A stretch of DNA of 64,000 bases from positions 1-64,000 of IMG/VR virus record IMGVR_UViG_3300021387_000090, one strand, 5' to 3'. Source of the stretch: a virus. Lineage: Duplodnaviria; Caudoviricetes. Under the pieces are notes generated by a model. That model searched no databases. It saw only the letters and a program-made list of their open reading frames with translations, and was not told the DNA's origin. This document shows positions 51,731-61,856 of this stretch, piece after piece. Within the stretch, counting starts at the first letter, position 1. Each line of letters begins with the position of its first letter. The translations under genes were made by a program, and so were the position numbers.

Positions 51731-54700
51731 ATGGCTGATACGACACTTAAAGTACGCATGACTGCAGCAAGAAAAACTGAGTCAGAGTGGAACGTTACTA
51801 CAATCATTCCCAAAGAGAATGAGGTACTTTACACCAAGGGCGGGTTACACGATGGCGAATATAAGATCGGGGATGGAACCCATAGATGGTCTGATCTTGA
51901 TTACATAAAACCATCTTATACTTATCCCGAATTAGAACCATTGATGACCAAAACCTACAATAATGTAATTTGTACGGCAAATTCAGATCCTGCAGGATAT
52001 TTATATTTTATGACCATAAAACCTAATAATTATAATACGGCTTGGACAATAAGATATAGAGTCCATGCTACTATAGCGGGTGTTACTGGTGGATATCAAG
52101 ATTCAGAAGTACTTATAGAAGGAACACGAAACACTTATTTGGCATATAGTACTTATAATGCAGTTAATAATACTTCTTATAGGCCCTATTATTATCATAT
52201 GTATTTTGCCGCTAATGAAACAGGACAAGCAAATAATTATCCTCATCTACTTGGCTTTAGATTTCAATCATCTTATAATCCTGCGACAACGGCAAATTCT
52301 CGTACTATTGTAATTGAAATTTTAGAATATAAAAATTGTACCCTGACTTTTTTAGATACTATGAAGTTATTCGCTGATATGCCGGGGTCTAATTCTACTA
52401 ACTATGGTAATACCAGTAGTGGAGCAAACGCAACTCGTTATAGTTTTGATGGTACGACTCAGGGTTGGACATTTGTTGGAGATAGAAATACTTATCCATA
52501 TTTATTATCAGCTTATTACACAAGACCTTATGCGGGTGTAAATGGTACAAAACAATATAGTTTAGCTATGGAAGATTCTGTTGGGAGGCTTCAAAGTTTT
52601 ACTACTACGCATGGTACAGGAACAAGTAAAGCAAAAAACACACAAGGTTTTAGACTTGGTAGAATGTATTATCTTAATTCTTCTGGCAATTATACGGAAG
52701 GACAACAATTTGGTAATGATGTATCAAGAGTATTCCAATCTGATATGGACTTACGGTATTCAACTAATTGTGGAACAACTCTAACTGCATTTAAGCCTGT
52801 ATATATAGTAGGTACTGTTAACCCTATTACTAATCTATTTTATTTAGATGATACATGGTGGACACAAACATTGCCCACATCTGAAGACGGTAAAATATAT
52901 ATTTATATTGGTTGTCCTTATGATACTTATCGCTTAACTTTTGAAGGTTATCACGATCCTGTTTGGTATAAAGATGGGGCGATAAGACCTTTTTATGGAA
53001 ATACATTAAATGTTGAGCAATTACAGGAAATGAGAGATAGCGTCATAGAAGATTCCACTCCCTATTTATTTAGACCTTCTGCTAATGGGAATAATATCGG
53101 AGATAGAGAATACCCGGAAATTATTGGCGGTACGGTGGCGTGGAATCAGCATGTTACTTTTTCTCAGGCAACTTATACCGAAAAAGGGCTTACAATCAAA
53201 AGAAATGCAGATGGAACTATTGAAATAAGCGGAACAGCAACTGAAGATTGGTACAGCAATATCGGAAATACGGTAACTTCTTTTCTCAACCATAAGATTT
53301 TGATAAAAGGATGCCCGTCGGGAGGTTCTTCTTCGACATATTCAATGCGTGATGGATACACAGCAGGTGACAAATATAAAGATTTTGGCGACGGTAATAT
53401 CGTTGTCGGTAAAGCAAATTTCATCATTCAGATTATAGTGGGAAGAGGAACAGCATTGTCTACACCGATTATCTTTAAACCGCAAGCATTCGACCTCACC
53501 GCCATGTTCGGCACATCCATCGCAGACCAAGCCTACGCAATGGAGCAGGCAACAGCCAAGAGTGGAATTGCATGGCTTAAGTCGATGGGATTTTTTACCG
53601 CAGACTACTACCCGTATGATGCCGGGACGCTGAAGAGCGTGGAGGGGTTGGCATCGCACGATATGATTGGGTTTAATCAGTGGGATGAAGAGTGGGAAAG
53701 CGGATATTATGACGCAAACGGTCAACCTGTGACAAATTCCTTAACCATTCGTTCAAAAAATTACATTGAAGTAATGCCCGACACAGCATATTTTTTTAAA
53801 GCAACAAGCGGAACAAACAACCGAATTTGTTATTTTGACGTAGACAAAAATTTTATTTACAGAACCGATTTGCGTACGCCTGATACCGCATTCACGACTC
53901 CGACTAATTGCCGGTTCGTCATGTTCCATAATGACGGCACAACCTACAGCAACGACATCTGCATCAACCTCTCCGACCCCGCCAAAAACGGTACATACGA
54001 ACCATACGAAAAGCACAGCTACCCTCTCGACAGCACACTCACGCTCCGGGGTATTCCGAAACTGGTTGACGGGAAGTTGCAGCATGATGGGGATAGGTAT
54101 GCGAGTGATGGGACGGTGACGAGAAGGTATGGCGTGGTGGTGTATGACGGATCAGCAGACGAAACATGGGTTTATGAATCCTCAAATAGGCATTTTTACA
54201 TTGGTCTTGACAACGTAAAGCGGTCAAATGACTATGAAAAGTGCATGGTGTCCAACATCAAGGTCGCATCGAAGGCTTATTCGTGGAGTGCTGATGCAGT
54301 CCCGATGGTGTCTGCGTATGGAAACACTTCGGCGTATCCCGGCAAAAACTGGATATATATTAAACCGAACACTGATTCCGTGACAGATGTTGCGACATTT
54401 AGAACATGGCTTTCTGCCAACCCTGTTACGGTTGTCTACGAACTCGCCACCCCCACAACTGAAACAGCACAGCCTTTCCAGTCTCCACAAATTGTAGATG
54501 ATTTCGGGACAGAAGAGTATGTTATCGCTAATACTGTGGATGTACCGATTCCTGTTGGGCATAATACGAAATACGAATTAAAAACAGGTATCACAACTCA
54601 TGGCGAAGTGGTTGACGCTGGAGTACTGAATTCTTTTTATACTATGATTAAAAATGAATTTGTTTCTACTAAGGGTGACATTATGACTGGCCCTTTGACA

Positions 54701-57103
54701 TTAGATGCAGATCCCACTTTAGCAATGCAACCTGCAACTAAAAAATATGTAGATCAAAAAATAGGGACTGCATATGAGTCAAAAGATGCTGAACAAAATG
54801 GAACCGAAGTATCTCTCGTAACGACTGGTGAAAAATATAATTGGAATCAAAAGACAACTACAAGTTTTACTCCTACATTAAGTACTGGAACTAAAATCGG
54901 GACAATTACTATTAATGGAACTGCAACAGACTTATATTGTCAGACAAATACAAACATATTAACTGGTGTGAAAGGTAGTGCTGAATCTACTTATAGAACT
55001 GGCAATGTGAATTTAACGCCTGTGAATATTGGTGCGCTTGCGCTTACTGGTGGGACGCTGACAGGAAGTGTTACTATTGGGCAAACTACTGATACTGCTG
55101 TAAGAACTATGGCAGTGCAGAATTCGCTTAGTAATGTAGCATTAGCTGTCGGTGGGGATGGAAAACACGGTATTTTTTCGAACACTAAGGGCGATTGGCT
55201 GCTGTATGCAACGAAAGACGCAAATAGTACTAATTCAACACTTTATGTACCAAGACCACTTAGCGTTTCTGGACTTACTAGTGTAAGTAACAATGTCATA
55301 GCTACAGCAAGCGACACGAGTGAGCGGTATTTTCGAGCGGTTAACAGTAACGGATCTATCGAACTAAACGCATCAGCCGGGAACAAGGGCGTGTATGATC
55401 GTAGCGGTGGAAGATGGATCATGTATCTAGCTACCAATAGTGCGGCAGACACGGCGGTAATAATACCGAGAGGTTTGCAAGTTGGCGAAGCCGGGATAAA
55501 TGGGTACATTGAACTGTACCATGCTACCCCCTATATTGATTTTCATTATGGTAGAAGTACCGCAGATTATACAACAAGACTCATTGAAAATGCATCTGGT
55601 GTACTGACAATTGAAGGAAGGCTTTATAATTCAAGAGTACCGGGTTCTTGGGTTGCTGCAATAAAAACCGCAGCATTAACAGTTAATATGGCTTCAACTA
55701 CAAGCACAAGTGCAGCTATAAGTGGTATGACCATAAGAACTAAAAATGGTTATATTAGTTTAGATACTATTCCAACTACTGATGATAATTTATATATACA
55801 TTATATTTCCACCGCTAATTATAATGCAGGAACTAATACAGTTTCTGCGGCGAAAGTAAGTTGTAATATTACAGGTCATGCCGATGGCGATCTTCCTTTA
55901 ACAGGTGGGTCATTGACAGGAAACCTTTTTGTCAGCGCTTCAGACACCAGTGAGCGACAAGTTAGCATATCTAATTCTTTAGGACACGTATATCTCGATG
56001 TAAGTACCTCTGGTAATCATGGTTTATATTCTGGCACAAAAGGCGGTTGGATCATTTATTGTACTAAGGATGCTAGCTCAACGAATTCATGGGCATACAT
56101 ACCTAGAGCATTAAATGTATCAGGTCATATACATTCTAGTAATGAAATTCATTCTGGTGGTAAATCCACATCTCAGGACGGTCACGCTGGTGCAATTTTA
56201 AGTGGCGGTGGTCATTTATATTTACAACAAGGCGCTACGGGGAGCAATATCTACTTCATTTGGGGGGCTGGTAAAACAATAACGTCAAGAATTTACGAAT
56301 CTGCAAGTGGGACCCTTACAGCAAGCGGAAATTGGGATGTTGGGGGAAAAATACATGCAACTGGTAATATTACTTCCACAGCTCATGTATCTTGCGGTGG
56401 TAAAGAAAGTGGAGGAGATGGAAATCCTGGTTGTTTTATGAATAATGGTGGTTCTTTCTTTATTACTGGGCCAGCAAATAGCGGAGGCACAATTTTCTTC
56501 CACTATAATAAAGCTACCTCAAATACATCCAAAATATATGAATCATCATCTGGAACTATTAAAGTTGATGCATATTTATGGGGGAAGAACTCTAGTGGTG
56601 GATCGCATATAGTTGTTACTACAGTAGATACAGATAATCAGAAAGTAGCGTACTTGTCTACTAATACAACCGCATTGTATGTAAATGCAAGACATGGTGG
56701 TTCTTCTTATGCTAATAAGAGTGTCACCCTTTCTTCCTCTGATGTTCGTTTAAAAACCAATATCGCAGATTCTACTATCAATGCTTTAGACGTTATAAAC
56801 AAGATCCGTATCAGAGAATTTGATTGGACAGATGAACGTGAAGATAAGCATCAAGTCATTGGTATGGTTGCTGATGAGATCGAGAAACTGGATAAGAAGT
56901 TTGCGGTCGGTGGTGGATATACTGAAGATGGGTGCATGAATATCAAGAGTGTAGATACTTTCTATTTGACTGGGTATTTGACAAAAGGTATTCAGGAATT
57001 GAATGGAAAGGTTGACGGTCACGATGATAGGATTGCCGCATTAGAGAGGGAAAATAAAGAACTGCGGAAAGAGATTGAAGAATTGAAAAAAGAAATAGCT
57101 TAA
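51731..57103 (+). CDS. large mosaic tail fibre/receptor-binding protein with C-terminal S74 chaperone
   Basis: N-terminal YKIGDG..WSDL.Y domain; internal repeats; SSDVRLK...GMVADE followed by coiled coil. Confidence 0.8.
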   Translation: MADTTLKVRMTAARKTESEWNVTTIIPKENEVLYTKGGLHDGEYKIGDGTHRWSDLDYIKPSYTYPELEPLMTKTYNNVICTANSDPAGYLYFMTIKPNNYNTAWTIRYRVHATIAGVTGGYQDSEVLIEGTRNTYLAYSTYNAVNNTSYRPYYYHMYFAANETGQANNYPHLLGFRFQSSYNPATTANSRTIVIEILEYKNCTLTFLDTMKLFADMPGSNSTNYGNTSSGANATRYSFDGTTQGWTFVGDRNTYPYLLSAYYTRPYAGVNGTKQYSLAMEDSVGRLQSFTTTHGTGTSKAKNTQGFRLGRMYYLNSSGNYTEGQQFGNDVSRVFQSDMDLRYSTNCGTTLTAFKPVYIVGTVNPITNLFYLDDTWWTQTLPTSEDGKIYIYIGCPYDTYRLTFEGYHDPVWYKDGAIRPFYGNTLNVEQLQEMRDSVIEDSTPYLFRPSANGNNIGDREYPEIIGGTVAWNQHVTFSQATYTEKGLTIKRNADGTIEISGTATEDWYSNIGNTVTSFLNHKILIKGCPSGGSSSTYSMRDGYTAGDKYKDFGDGNIVVGKANFIIQIIVGRGTALSTPIIFKPQAFDLTAMFGTSIADQAYAMEQATAKSGIAWLKSMGFFTADYYPYDAGTLKSVEGLASHDMIGFNQWDEEWESGYYDANGQPVTNSLTIRSKNYIEVMPDTAYFFKATSGTNNRICYFDVDKNFIYRTDLRTPDTAFTTPTNCRFVMFHNDGTTYSNDICINLSDPAKNGTYEPYEKHSYPLDSTLTLRGIPKLVDGKLQHDGDRYASDGTVTRRYGVVVYDGSADETWVYESSNRHFYIGLDNVKRSNDYEKCMVSNIKVASKAYSWSADAVPMVSAYGNTSAYPGKNWIYIKPNTDSVTDVATFRTWLSANPVTVVYELATPTTETAQPFQSPQIVDDFGTEEYVIANTVDVPIPVGHNTKYELKTGITTHGEVVDAGVLNSFYTMIKNEFVSTKGDIMTGPLTLDADPTLAMQPATKKYVDQKIGTAYESKDAEQNGTEVSLVTTGEKYNWNQKTTTSFTPTLSTGTKIGTITINGTATDLYCQTNTNILTGVKGSAESTYRTGNVNLTPVNIGALALTGGTLTGSVTIGQTTDTAVRTMAVQNSLSNVALAVGGDGKHGIFSNTKGDWLLYATKDANSTNSTLYVPRPLSVSGLTSVSNNVIATASDTSERYFRAVNSNGSIELNASAGNKGVYDRSGGRWIMYLATNSAADTAVIIPRGLQVGEAGINGYIELYHATPYIDFHYGRSTADYTTRLIENASGVLTIEGRLYNSRVPGSWVAAIKTAALTVNMASTTSTSAAISGMTIRTKNGYISLDTIPTTDDNLYIHYISTANYNAGTNTVSAAKVSCNITGHADGDLPLTGGSLTGNLFVSASDTSERQVSISNSLGHVYLDVSTSGNHGLYSGTKGGWIIYCTKDASSTNSWAYIPRALNVSGHIHSSNEIHSGGKSTSQDGHAGAILSGGGHLYLQQGATGSNIYFIWGAGKTITSRIYESASGTLTASGNWDVGGKIHATGNITSTAHVSCGGKESGGDGNPGCFMNNGGSFFITGPANSGGTIFFHYNKATSNTSKIYESSSGTIKVDAYLWGKNSSGGSHIVVTTVDTDNQKVAYLSTNTTALYVNARHGGSSYANKSVTLSSSDVRLKTNIADSTINALDVINKIRIREFDWTDEREDKHQVIGMVADEIEKLDKKFAVGGGYTEDGCMNIKSVDTFYLTGYLTKGIQELNGKVDGHDDRIAALERENKELRKEIEELKKEIA

Positions 57104-57130
57104 TATGCATAAGAAAGGAGGTTTGATAAA

Positions 57131-58591
57131 ATGTCAGAAGTAACTATTGATGCACGAATATTAATGAATTGTCATACTGAGGCAGAATGGCAGACAACAA
57201 ATCCCATACCGAAAAACCGGGAATTATGCATTTCGACAGATAAAAATTATGGTCTTTATAAGATAGGCGATGGCGTACATACTTGGTCACAACTACCTTA
57301 TGTTTTACAAGATTTTGCAACGGGCACTACCCAAAACAAGACTACTGCGAATGATTATAACCTTTTATTTACTTCAAATGAAGTTTTGGAGGGTGAGTAT
57401 CAACCTACTAGTACATCAGGTGATTTAAGATTCCACACCTATATAAAAGGTAATTTAACAAAGGGTAGCCTTATTGCCAAAGGATACGAAGATGCGTACT
57501 ACACTGATACATATACTCCTGTGTCTGATGATCCTTTAGAAGTCTTGCCACCTATAACTCAAAATACATATTTTCCTGTAGCAGTAAGTTCTTTAATGAA
57601 TGAACAAAAAACTGGTAGTTCAAATGAAAAAGATCGAGTAGGTGTGCTTACGCTTAAAAATGGAAATGTAGACAATGCTTCTTCTATGGCATCTTCTCAG
57701 ATAATTGCAACTACAAATGGTGGCGTAAAAATTAGTGAAAACCAAGGTAGTACAAGTGGTGTCACTATAAGAAATAATGGTACTATTACATTAACGGATT
57801 CCAATGGTAACACTCTTCCAATCTCTGTACCTGCGTCAGATGCTTCAACTGTATACCTTCGTGGTGATGGTACTTGGAGTACTGTTAGTGGAGGTAGTGG
57901 ATCTTCTTTACAAAATCTTGTAGATGGTTCTGCTACTGGTTCTGTAAGAGGGATAGGTACAACAGCAGAAAGTGATACTTATACTATTGGTTCATATGCT
58001 TTTTCAGAGGGTTATTACACAAAAGCTTCAGGTAATTACAGCCATGCGGAGGGAGAATATACTACTTCTCAACGCAAATCTCAAACAACTATAGGTAGAT
58101 ATAATATTTTAGATACAACAAATTCTGAGATTTTTAATTATGGTTCTTATGCATTTATCATAGGAAATGGTACAGCAGATGATGCCAGATCAAATGCTTT
58201 AACTGTAGATTGGGACGGTAATGTCACTGCAACCACTTTTGTGCAGTCCTCAGATAAACGACTTAAAGATAACATTGAAAGTCTTGACAATAATTACGAG
58301 CGATTCTTTATGAATCTTCAACCATCTACATTTACTTTAAAACAAGATGAAACCAATAAAACACACATTGGCTTTATTGCACAAGATGTTGAGCAAGCTT
58401 TAATTAATTCAGAGTTAACAAAAGATGATTTTGCTGGATTAGTTACACAAGAAAACGGGGAGGATGAAAGTTATTATTTGTGTTATGATGAGTTTATCTC
58501 CTTAAATACACATATGATACAGAAACTATATCAACGGATTGAACAGCTTGAAGATAGAATCAAAGAGTTGGAATCCTCAACTGCTAAATAA
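57131..58591 (+). CDS. tail fibre protein with S74 chaperone
   Basis: YKIGDG..WSQLPY N-terminus; YLRGDGTW; ASGNYSHAEG (YadA-head-like); SSDKRLK...GFIAQDV. Confidence 0.8.
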   Translation: MSEVTIDARILMNCHTEAEWQTTNPIPKNRELCISTDKNYGLYKIGDGVHTWSQLPYVLQDFATGTTQNKTTANDYNLLFTSNEVLEGEYQPTSTSGDLRFHTYIKGNLTKGSLIAKGYEDAYYTDTYTPVSDDPLEVLPPITQNTYFPVAVSSLMNEQKTGSSNEKDRVGVLTLKNGNVDNASSMASSQIIATTNGGVKISENQGSTSGVTIRNNGTITLTDSNGNTLPISVPASDASTVYLRGDGTWSTVSGGSGSSLQNLVDGSATGSVRGIGTTAESDTYTIGSYAFSEGYYTKASGNYSHAEGEYTTSQRKSQTTIGRYNILDTTNSEIFNYGSYAFIIGNGTADDARSNALTVDWDGNVTATTFVQSSDKRLKDNIESLDNNYERFFMNLQPSTFTLKQDETNKTHIGFIAQDVEQALINSELTKDDFAGLVTQENGEDESYYLCYDEFISLNTHMIQKLYQRIEQLEDRIKELESSTAK

Positions 58592-58602
58592 GGAGACAAA
58601 TT

Positions 58603-59097
58603 ATGAACGGATTAATATCACAAATAATGGCATCAAGTTCGCCATTCGTAATTATCATCTTATCTGTCCTCATAACATTTTTATTAATTAAAGAATTATA
58701 TTCAGCACTTAAATGGATCAAAGATCGGTTTGATGGATATCATAATATTCAAAACAATAAAGAAAACGCCGCTGAAGAGATCGAACAAAGGATTAAAACT
58801 TTAGAAGATCATGATGAGTGGCAGTATAAAAAGCTGAATGAATTAGGCGATCAAGTACAAGAAATTATTGGCTTAACTAAAGAAATTCAAGCCACACAGT
58901 CGAAGATGATTATAGACACTTACAAGGGGTCGATTTTTAGGATTTACCATGACGCTTCTAAAAATAAATATATATCTCAAACGGAACTCGATAGATTTAT
59001 TGATCTTTGCTCAATCTATAAAGCCGCTGGTGGAGATGGTGTAGTAGATGAAAAGATTTATCCAGAGGTCATGGCTCTACCTATCAACAACGGTTAA
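58603..59097 (+). CDS. putative holin/lysis-associated membrane protein
   Basis: One N-terminal transmembrane segment, coiled coil, YKAAGGDG motif; first gene of the lysis cassette. Confidence 0.55.
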   Translation: MNGLISQIMASSSPFVIIILSVLITFLLIKELYSALKWIKDRFDGYHNIQNNKENAAEEIEQRIKTLEDHDEWQYKKLNELGDQVQEIIGLTKEIQATQSKMIIDTYKGSIFRIYHDASKNKYISQTELDRFIDLCSIYKAAGGDGVVDEKIYPEVMALPINNG

Positions 59098-59127
59098 AAG
59101 GAATAAAACATAAAGGAGGATACAATT

Positions 59128-59538
59128 ATGTTAGAAACAATTTTAGGTATCGTAATTAAGAATGTATTAGAAATTGTAGCTGCGGTTATTTCTGTATTGG
59201 TCGCAGGTATCGTTATTCCATGGATTAAGACTGAAATGGTTCCTTTCTTGAAAGAAAAGAGATTGTACAACATTGTATCAATTGGTGTCAATGCTGCTGA
59301 AAAGCTTGCTGAAGGTACTGAGATGAGCGGTCTTGATAAGAAAGCATATGTTATTCATTATCTGCAAAGCAAAGGTATTATGATTACAGAAGAAGTTGAG
59401 GCTTTTATTGAGTCTGCTTGTTATGATTTAGATCTGATTGCAGACGCAGGAAAGAAAGCTTTTGATGAAAATGATGATATCGAAGGTGACGAGCCTGAAG
59501 ACTTAGACATTGATAATACAGAACTGGTAATGGGTTGA
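59128..59538 (+). CDS. LL-H-type holin
   Basis: N-terminal transmembrane segment, V.AAE, G..KKAYV, IESA motifs. Confidence 0.75.
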   Translation: MLETILGIVIKNVLEIVAAVISVLVAGIVIPWIKTEMVPFLKEKRLYNIVSIGVNAAEKLAEGTEMSGLDKKAYVIHYLQSKGIMITEEVEAFIESACYDLDLIADAGKKAFDENDDIEGDEPEDLDIDNTELVMG

Positions 59539-59551
59539 TAATAATAGAATT

Positions 59552-59582
59552 AAGAGAGGCTGAAAAGCCTCTCTTCTTTCTT
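59552..59582 (+). terminator. intrinsic terminator
   Basis: aagagaggct-GAAA-agcctctctt followed by a pyrimidine run. Confidence 0.65.
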
Positions 59583-59670
59583 ACAAAATTTATCTATACT
59601 TATTTATTCTAATTGAACAAACAACTTAAATTCTTAATTCTATATCTATGAAAGAAAGGAGCGTGACAGT

Positions 59671-60624
59671 ATGGCTATCACAGAAAAAGATATTACTATT
59701 TGTGGTCATGGTGGCGGTAGACCTTCTCTTAAAGTAATGACAAATTATTTTCAAACCAGATATAATTCTATTGCTCCAAACGGAAAGCATAAAGGAATTA
59801 TAGTGGTTAGACGTTTAAAAGGAATGACAGATAAGAAGCGTCAGGAATTTCATGATGCTTATAAGATTATTTTAGGCAGAAACTATTATAGCCAAGATAG
59901 GCGGTATTATGTTTACACTAAATATAGAGATGGGTATTATTATAGCGATTGTTCTTCTAGTTATTGCGCAGCTTTAAAGCGTATTGGATATAATATTAGT
60001 CTGTTGAGTACAGCGGGTATTTATTGGTCTGATTTGTTTGAGGATGTTCCTGTTAAAATCGAGAATGGACATATCATGAATCCTGAAATTTTAAAGGTTG
60101 GAGATGCATTATTGTTTGTGGGGAATGATCCTTCTAGGCCCCGTCAAATCGGGCATATCGAATCTGTCTACGAAATTAAAGGAAAAGTAGTTTATAAGGA
60201 AGATTCTTCTACTACCACACCTACTACAACAACATCTTCCTCTACTTCGACAGCTACCTCTACTTCTTATCTTGGCATTGTAACTGCGTCTGCGTTGAAT
60301 GTACGTTCTGATGCGGGGACTAACAACAGTATTGTAAAAACGGTCAAGAATGGGCAGCCTGTCTATATAACGAAAGTAAAGGATGGATGGGGCTATATTG
60401 GATATGGTTGGGTAAGTTTGAAGTATATTTCAAAGAAGTCTTCTATTACTGGTAAGGTAACCGCATCTGCATTGAATGTCCGTAAGGCTCCTATTAACGG
60501 AGATATTAAAAGGGCTATTAAGAACGGTACGAAGGTTACGATCACCAAATTCAACGAAGAAAATACTTGGGCTTATGACTCAATTACAAAAGGTTGGGTA
60601 AGCCTGAAGTTCATCAAGTTTTAA
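59671..60624 (+). CDS. endolysin, NlpC/P60-like peptidase with two SH3b domains
   Basis: SDCSS...GDALLF...GHIE; Ser/Thr linker; two VTASALNVR...GWVSLK domains. Confidence 0.8.
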   Translation: MAITEKDITICGHGGGRPSLKVMTNYFQTRYNSIAPNGKHKGIIVVRRLKGMTDKKRQEFHDAYKIILGRNYYSQDRRYYVYTKYRDGYYYSDCSSSYCAALKRIGYNISLLSTAGIYWSDLFEDVPVKIENGHIMNPEILKVGDALLFVGNDPSRPRQIGHIESVYEIKGKVVYKEDSSTTTPTTTTSSSTSTATSTSYLGIVTASALNVRSDAGTNNSIVKTVKNGQPVYITKVKDGWGYIGYGWVSLKYISKKSSITGKVTASALNVRKAPINGDIKRAIKNGTKVTITKFNEENTWAYDSITKGWVSLKFIKF

Positions 60625-60638
60625 GGAGGGAACAGGAA

Positions 60639-61505
60639 ATGAGTTTGACTAAAGACGAATTGAATGTTCTGATCAATATTATAGGGGCTGTAGAGACTGG
60701 AGGACAGGTATATGGTGCTGGACGCTATGACGATTTTACTCCAGCCTACGCAAATTCCTATTCTGAGCATGGAATTACCATTGGTAAGTACCAACACTAT
60801 GCCAACGAAGCTAAAGCATTGCTTTTACGCATCCAGAAAGCTGATTCTAATCTTTTTAACAAACTAGATACGGAAGGTATAGGGTCTGATCTAAGAGTCC
60901 GTAATTGGGGCTATTACAAGATCCTGAAAGGATCCGCTAAAGCCAAGTGTATCCAGAAGATCATCTCAACTGAAGTTGGGAAACGTGTTCAGGATGAAAT
61001 GGTAGCAGAGCAAATGCAGACTTTTGCTGCTGAAGCTGAAAGACTCGGCGTAACAGATCATCAAGCCCAATGTATGGTATGTAACTACAGACATCAGGGC
61101 GGGTTGGGTGCTGTCAAACGTATTCTTGCCAAAGCCGAAAAGCCTTATACACTTGACAGTTTATACGAAGCAAGCAAGTCTGATACTGGCAATCAGGTTG
61201 GAGCATATAAAACCAGACAAAAATTTGTATACGAATCTCTGAAGAAATATTGGCCTGAAGAAGAAGAGCCTGTTCGTAGGTTCGGAAAGGACTTTAAGAG
61301 GTTCTTCAAAGTATCTGGCACAAGCGCGTTGAATTATAGAGAAGACGCTGGCAAGCAGTATCCTGTATTGGGGGTTTTACAAGAAGACGATCTGGTTTCC
61401 TGTACTGGATGGTTTAAAAAAGTGAATGGTGTGAAATGGTTAGAGATTAATCGTGACGGTAAAATAGGATATGCTTCTTCAAAATATCTCACTAAGATAG
61501 GCTAA
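60639..61505 (+). CDS. second endolysin, lysozyme-like with SH3b domain
   Basis: ATG 60639 after AAGGAGG; AVETGG...ITIGKYQ...RHQGG; C-terminal ALNYRE...GYASSKYL. Confidence 0.7.
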   Translation: MSLTKDELNVLINIIGAVETGGQVYGAGRYDDFTPAYANSYSEHGITIGKYQHYANEAKALLLRIQKADSNLFNKLDTEGIGSDLRVRNWGYYKILKGSAKAKCIQKIISTEVGKRVQDEMVAEQMQTFAAEAERLGVTDHQAQCMVCNYRHQGGLGAVKRILAKAEKPYTLDSLYEASKSDTGNQVGAYKTRQKFVYESLKKYWPEEEEPVRRFGKDFKRFFKVSGTSALNYREDAGKQYPVLGVLQEDDLVSCTGWFKKVNGVKWLEINRDGKIGYASSKYLTKIG

Positions 61506-61509
61506 AATT

Positions 61510-61551
61510 AAAAAGGGGTATTACATTGATAAAATGTAATACCCCTTTTTT
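61510..61551. terminator. bidirectional intrinsic terminator
   Basis: aaaaaggggtattacatt...aatgtaataccccttttt between convergent genes. Confidence 0.85.
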
Positions 61552-61560
61552 GCTCTAAAC

Positions 61561-61830
61561 TTATTTCAACAATTCTTCCAGTTGCTCTAAAGTTACACCT
61601 TTCGCCTTTATAAATTTAGCGATCTTCTTTTGTTCTTCTTCTTGTTGTTTACGCAATTCTGCGTTATCTAATAATTCTAATTCTTCTTTTAATCCTTTAA
61701 TAGTTTCTTTCGCATCAAGCAATTTTTTCTCAAGACTCGCAGCCTTATTCTCCATAATTTCAATTTTGGCAAGTAAGGCAGTCTTCTTATCTCTTCTGAT
61801 TCTTTTCTTAGTCTCTTCTTCAAGTGCCAT
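61561..61830 (-). CDS. small basic coiled-coil protein (89 aa)
   Basis: AAAGGAGG RBS, own promoter and terminator. Confidence 0.8.
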   Translation of the reverse strand: MALEEETKKRIRRDKKTALLAKIEIMENKAASLEKKLLDAKETIKGLKEELELLDNAELRKQQEEEQKKIAKFIKAKGVTLEQLEELLK

Positions 61831-61856
61831 AAGGCAAGCCCTCCTTTATGTCTTTG

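Noticed and set aside
53066-54562. Cluster of reverse-strand and alternative-frame ORFs
   Set aside because: These are shadow ORFs expected from the locally higher GC; no RBS or recognisable motifs.
60594-60641. Programmed frameshift fusing the two endolysins
   Set aside because: There is no X XXY YYZ slippery heptamer at AAG TTT TAA, and the second gene has its own RBS and ATG at 60639.
39681-61505. Complete DGR or invertase-driven fibre shufflon
   Set aside because: No reverse transcriptase, template repeat, invertase or inverted fibre cassettes were seen. The only recombinase is the integrase beside attP.
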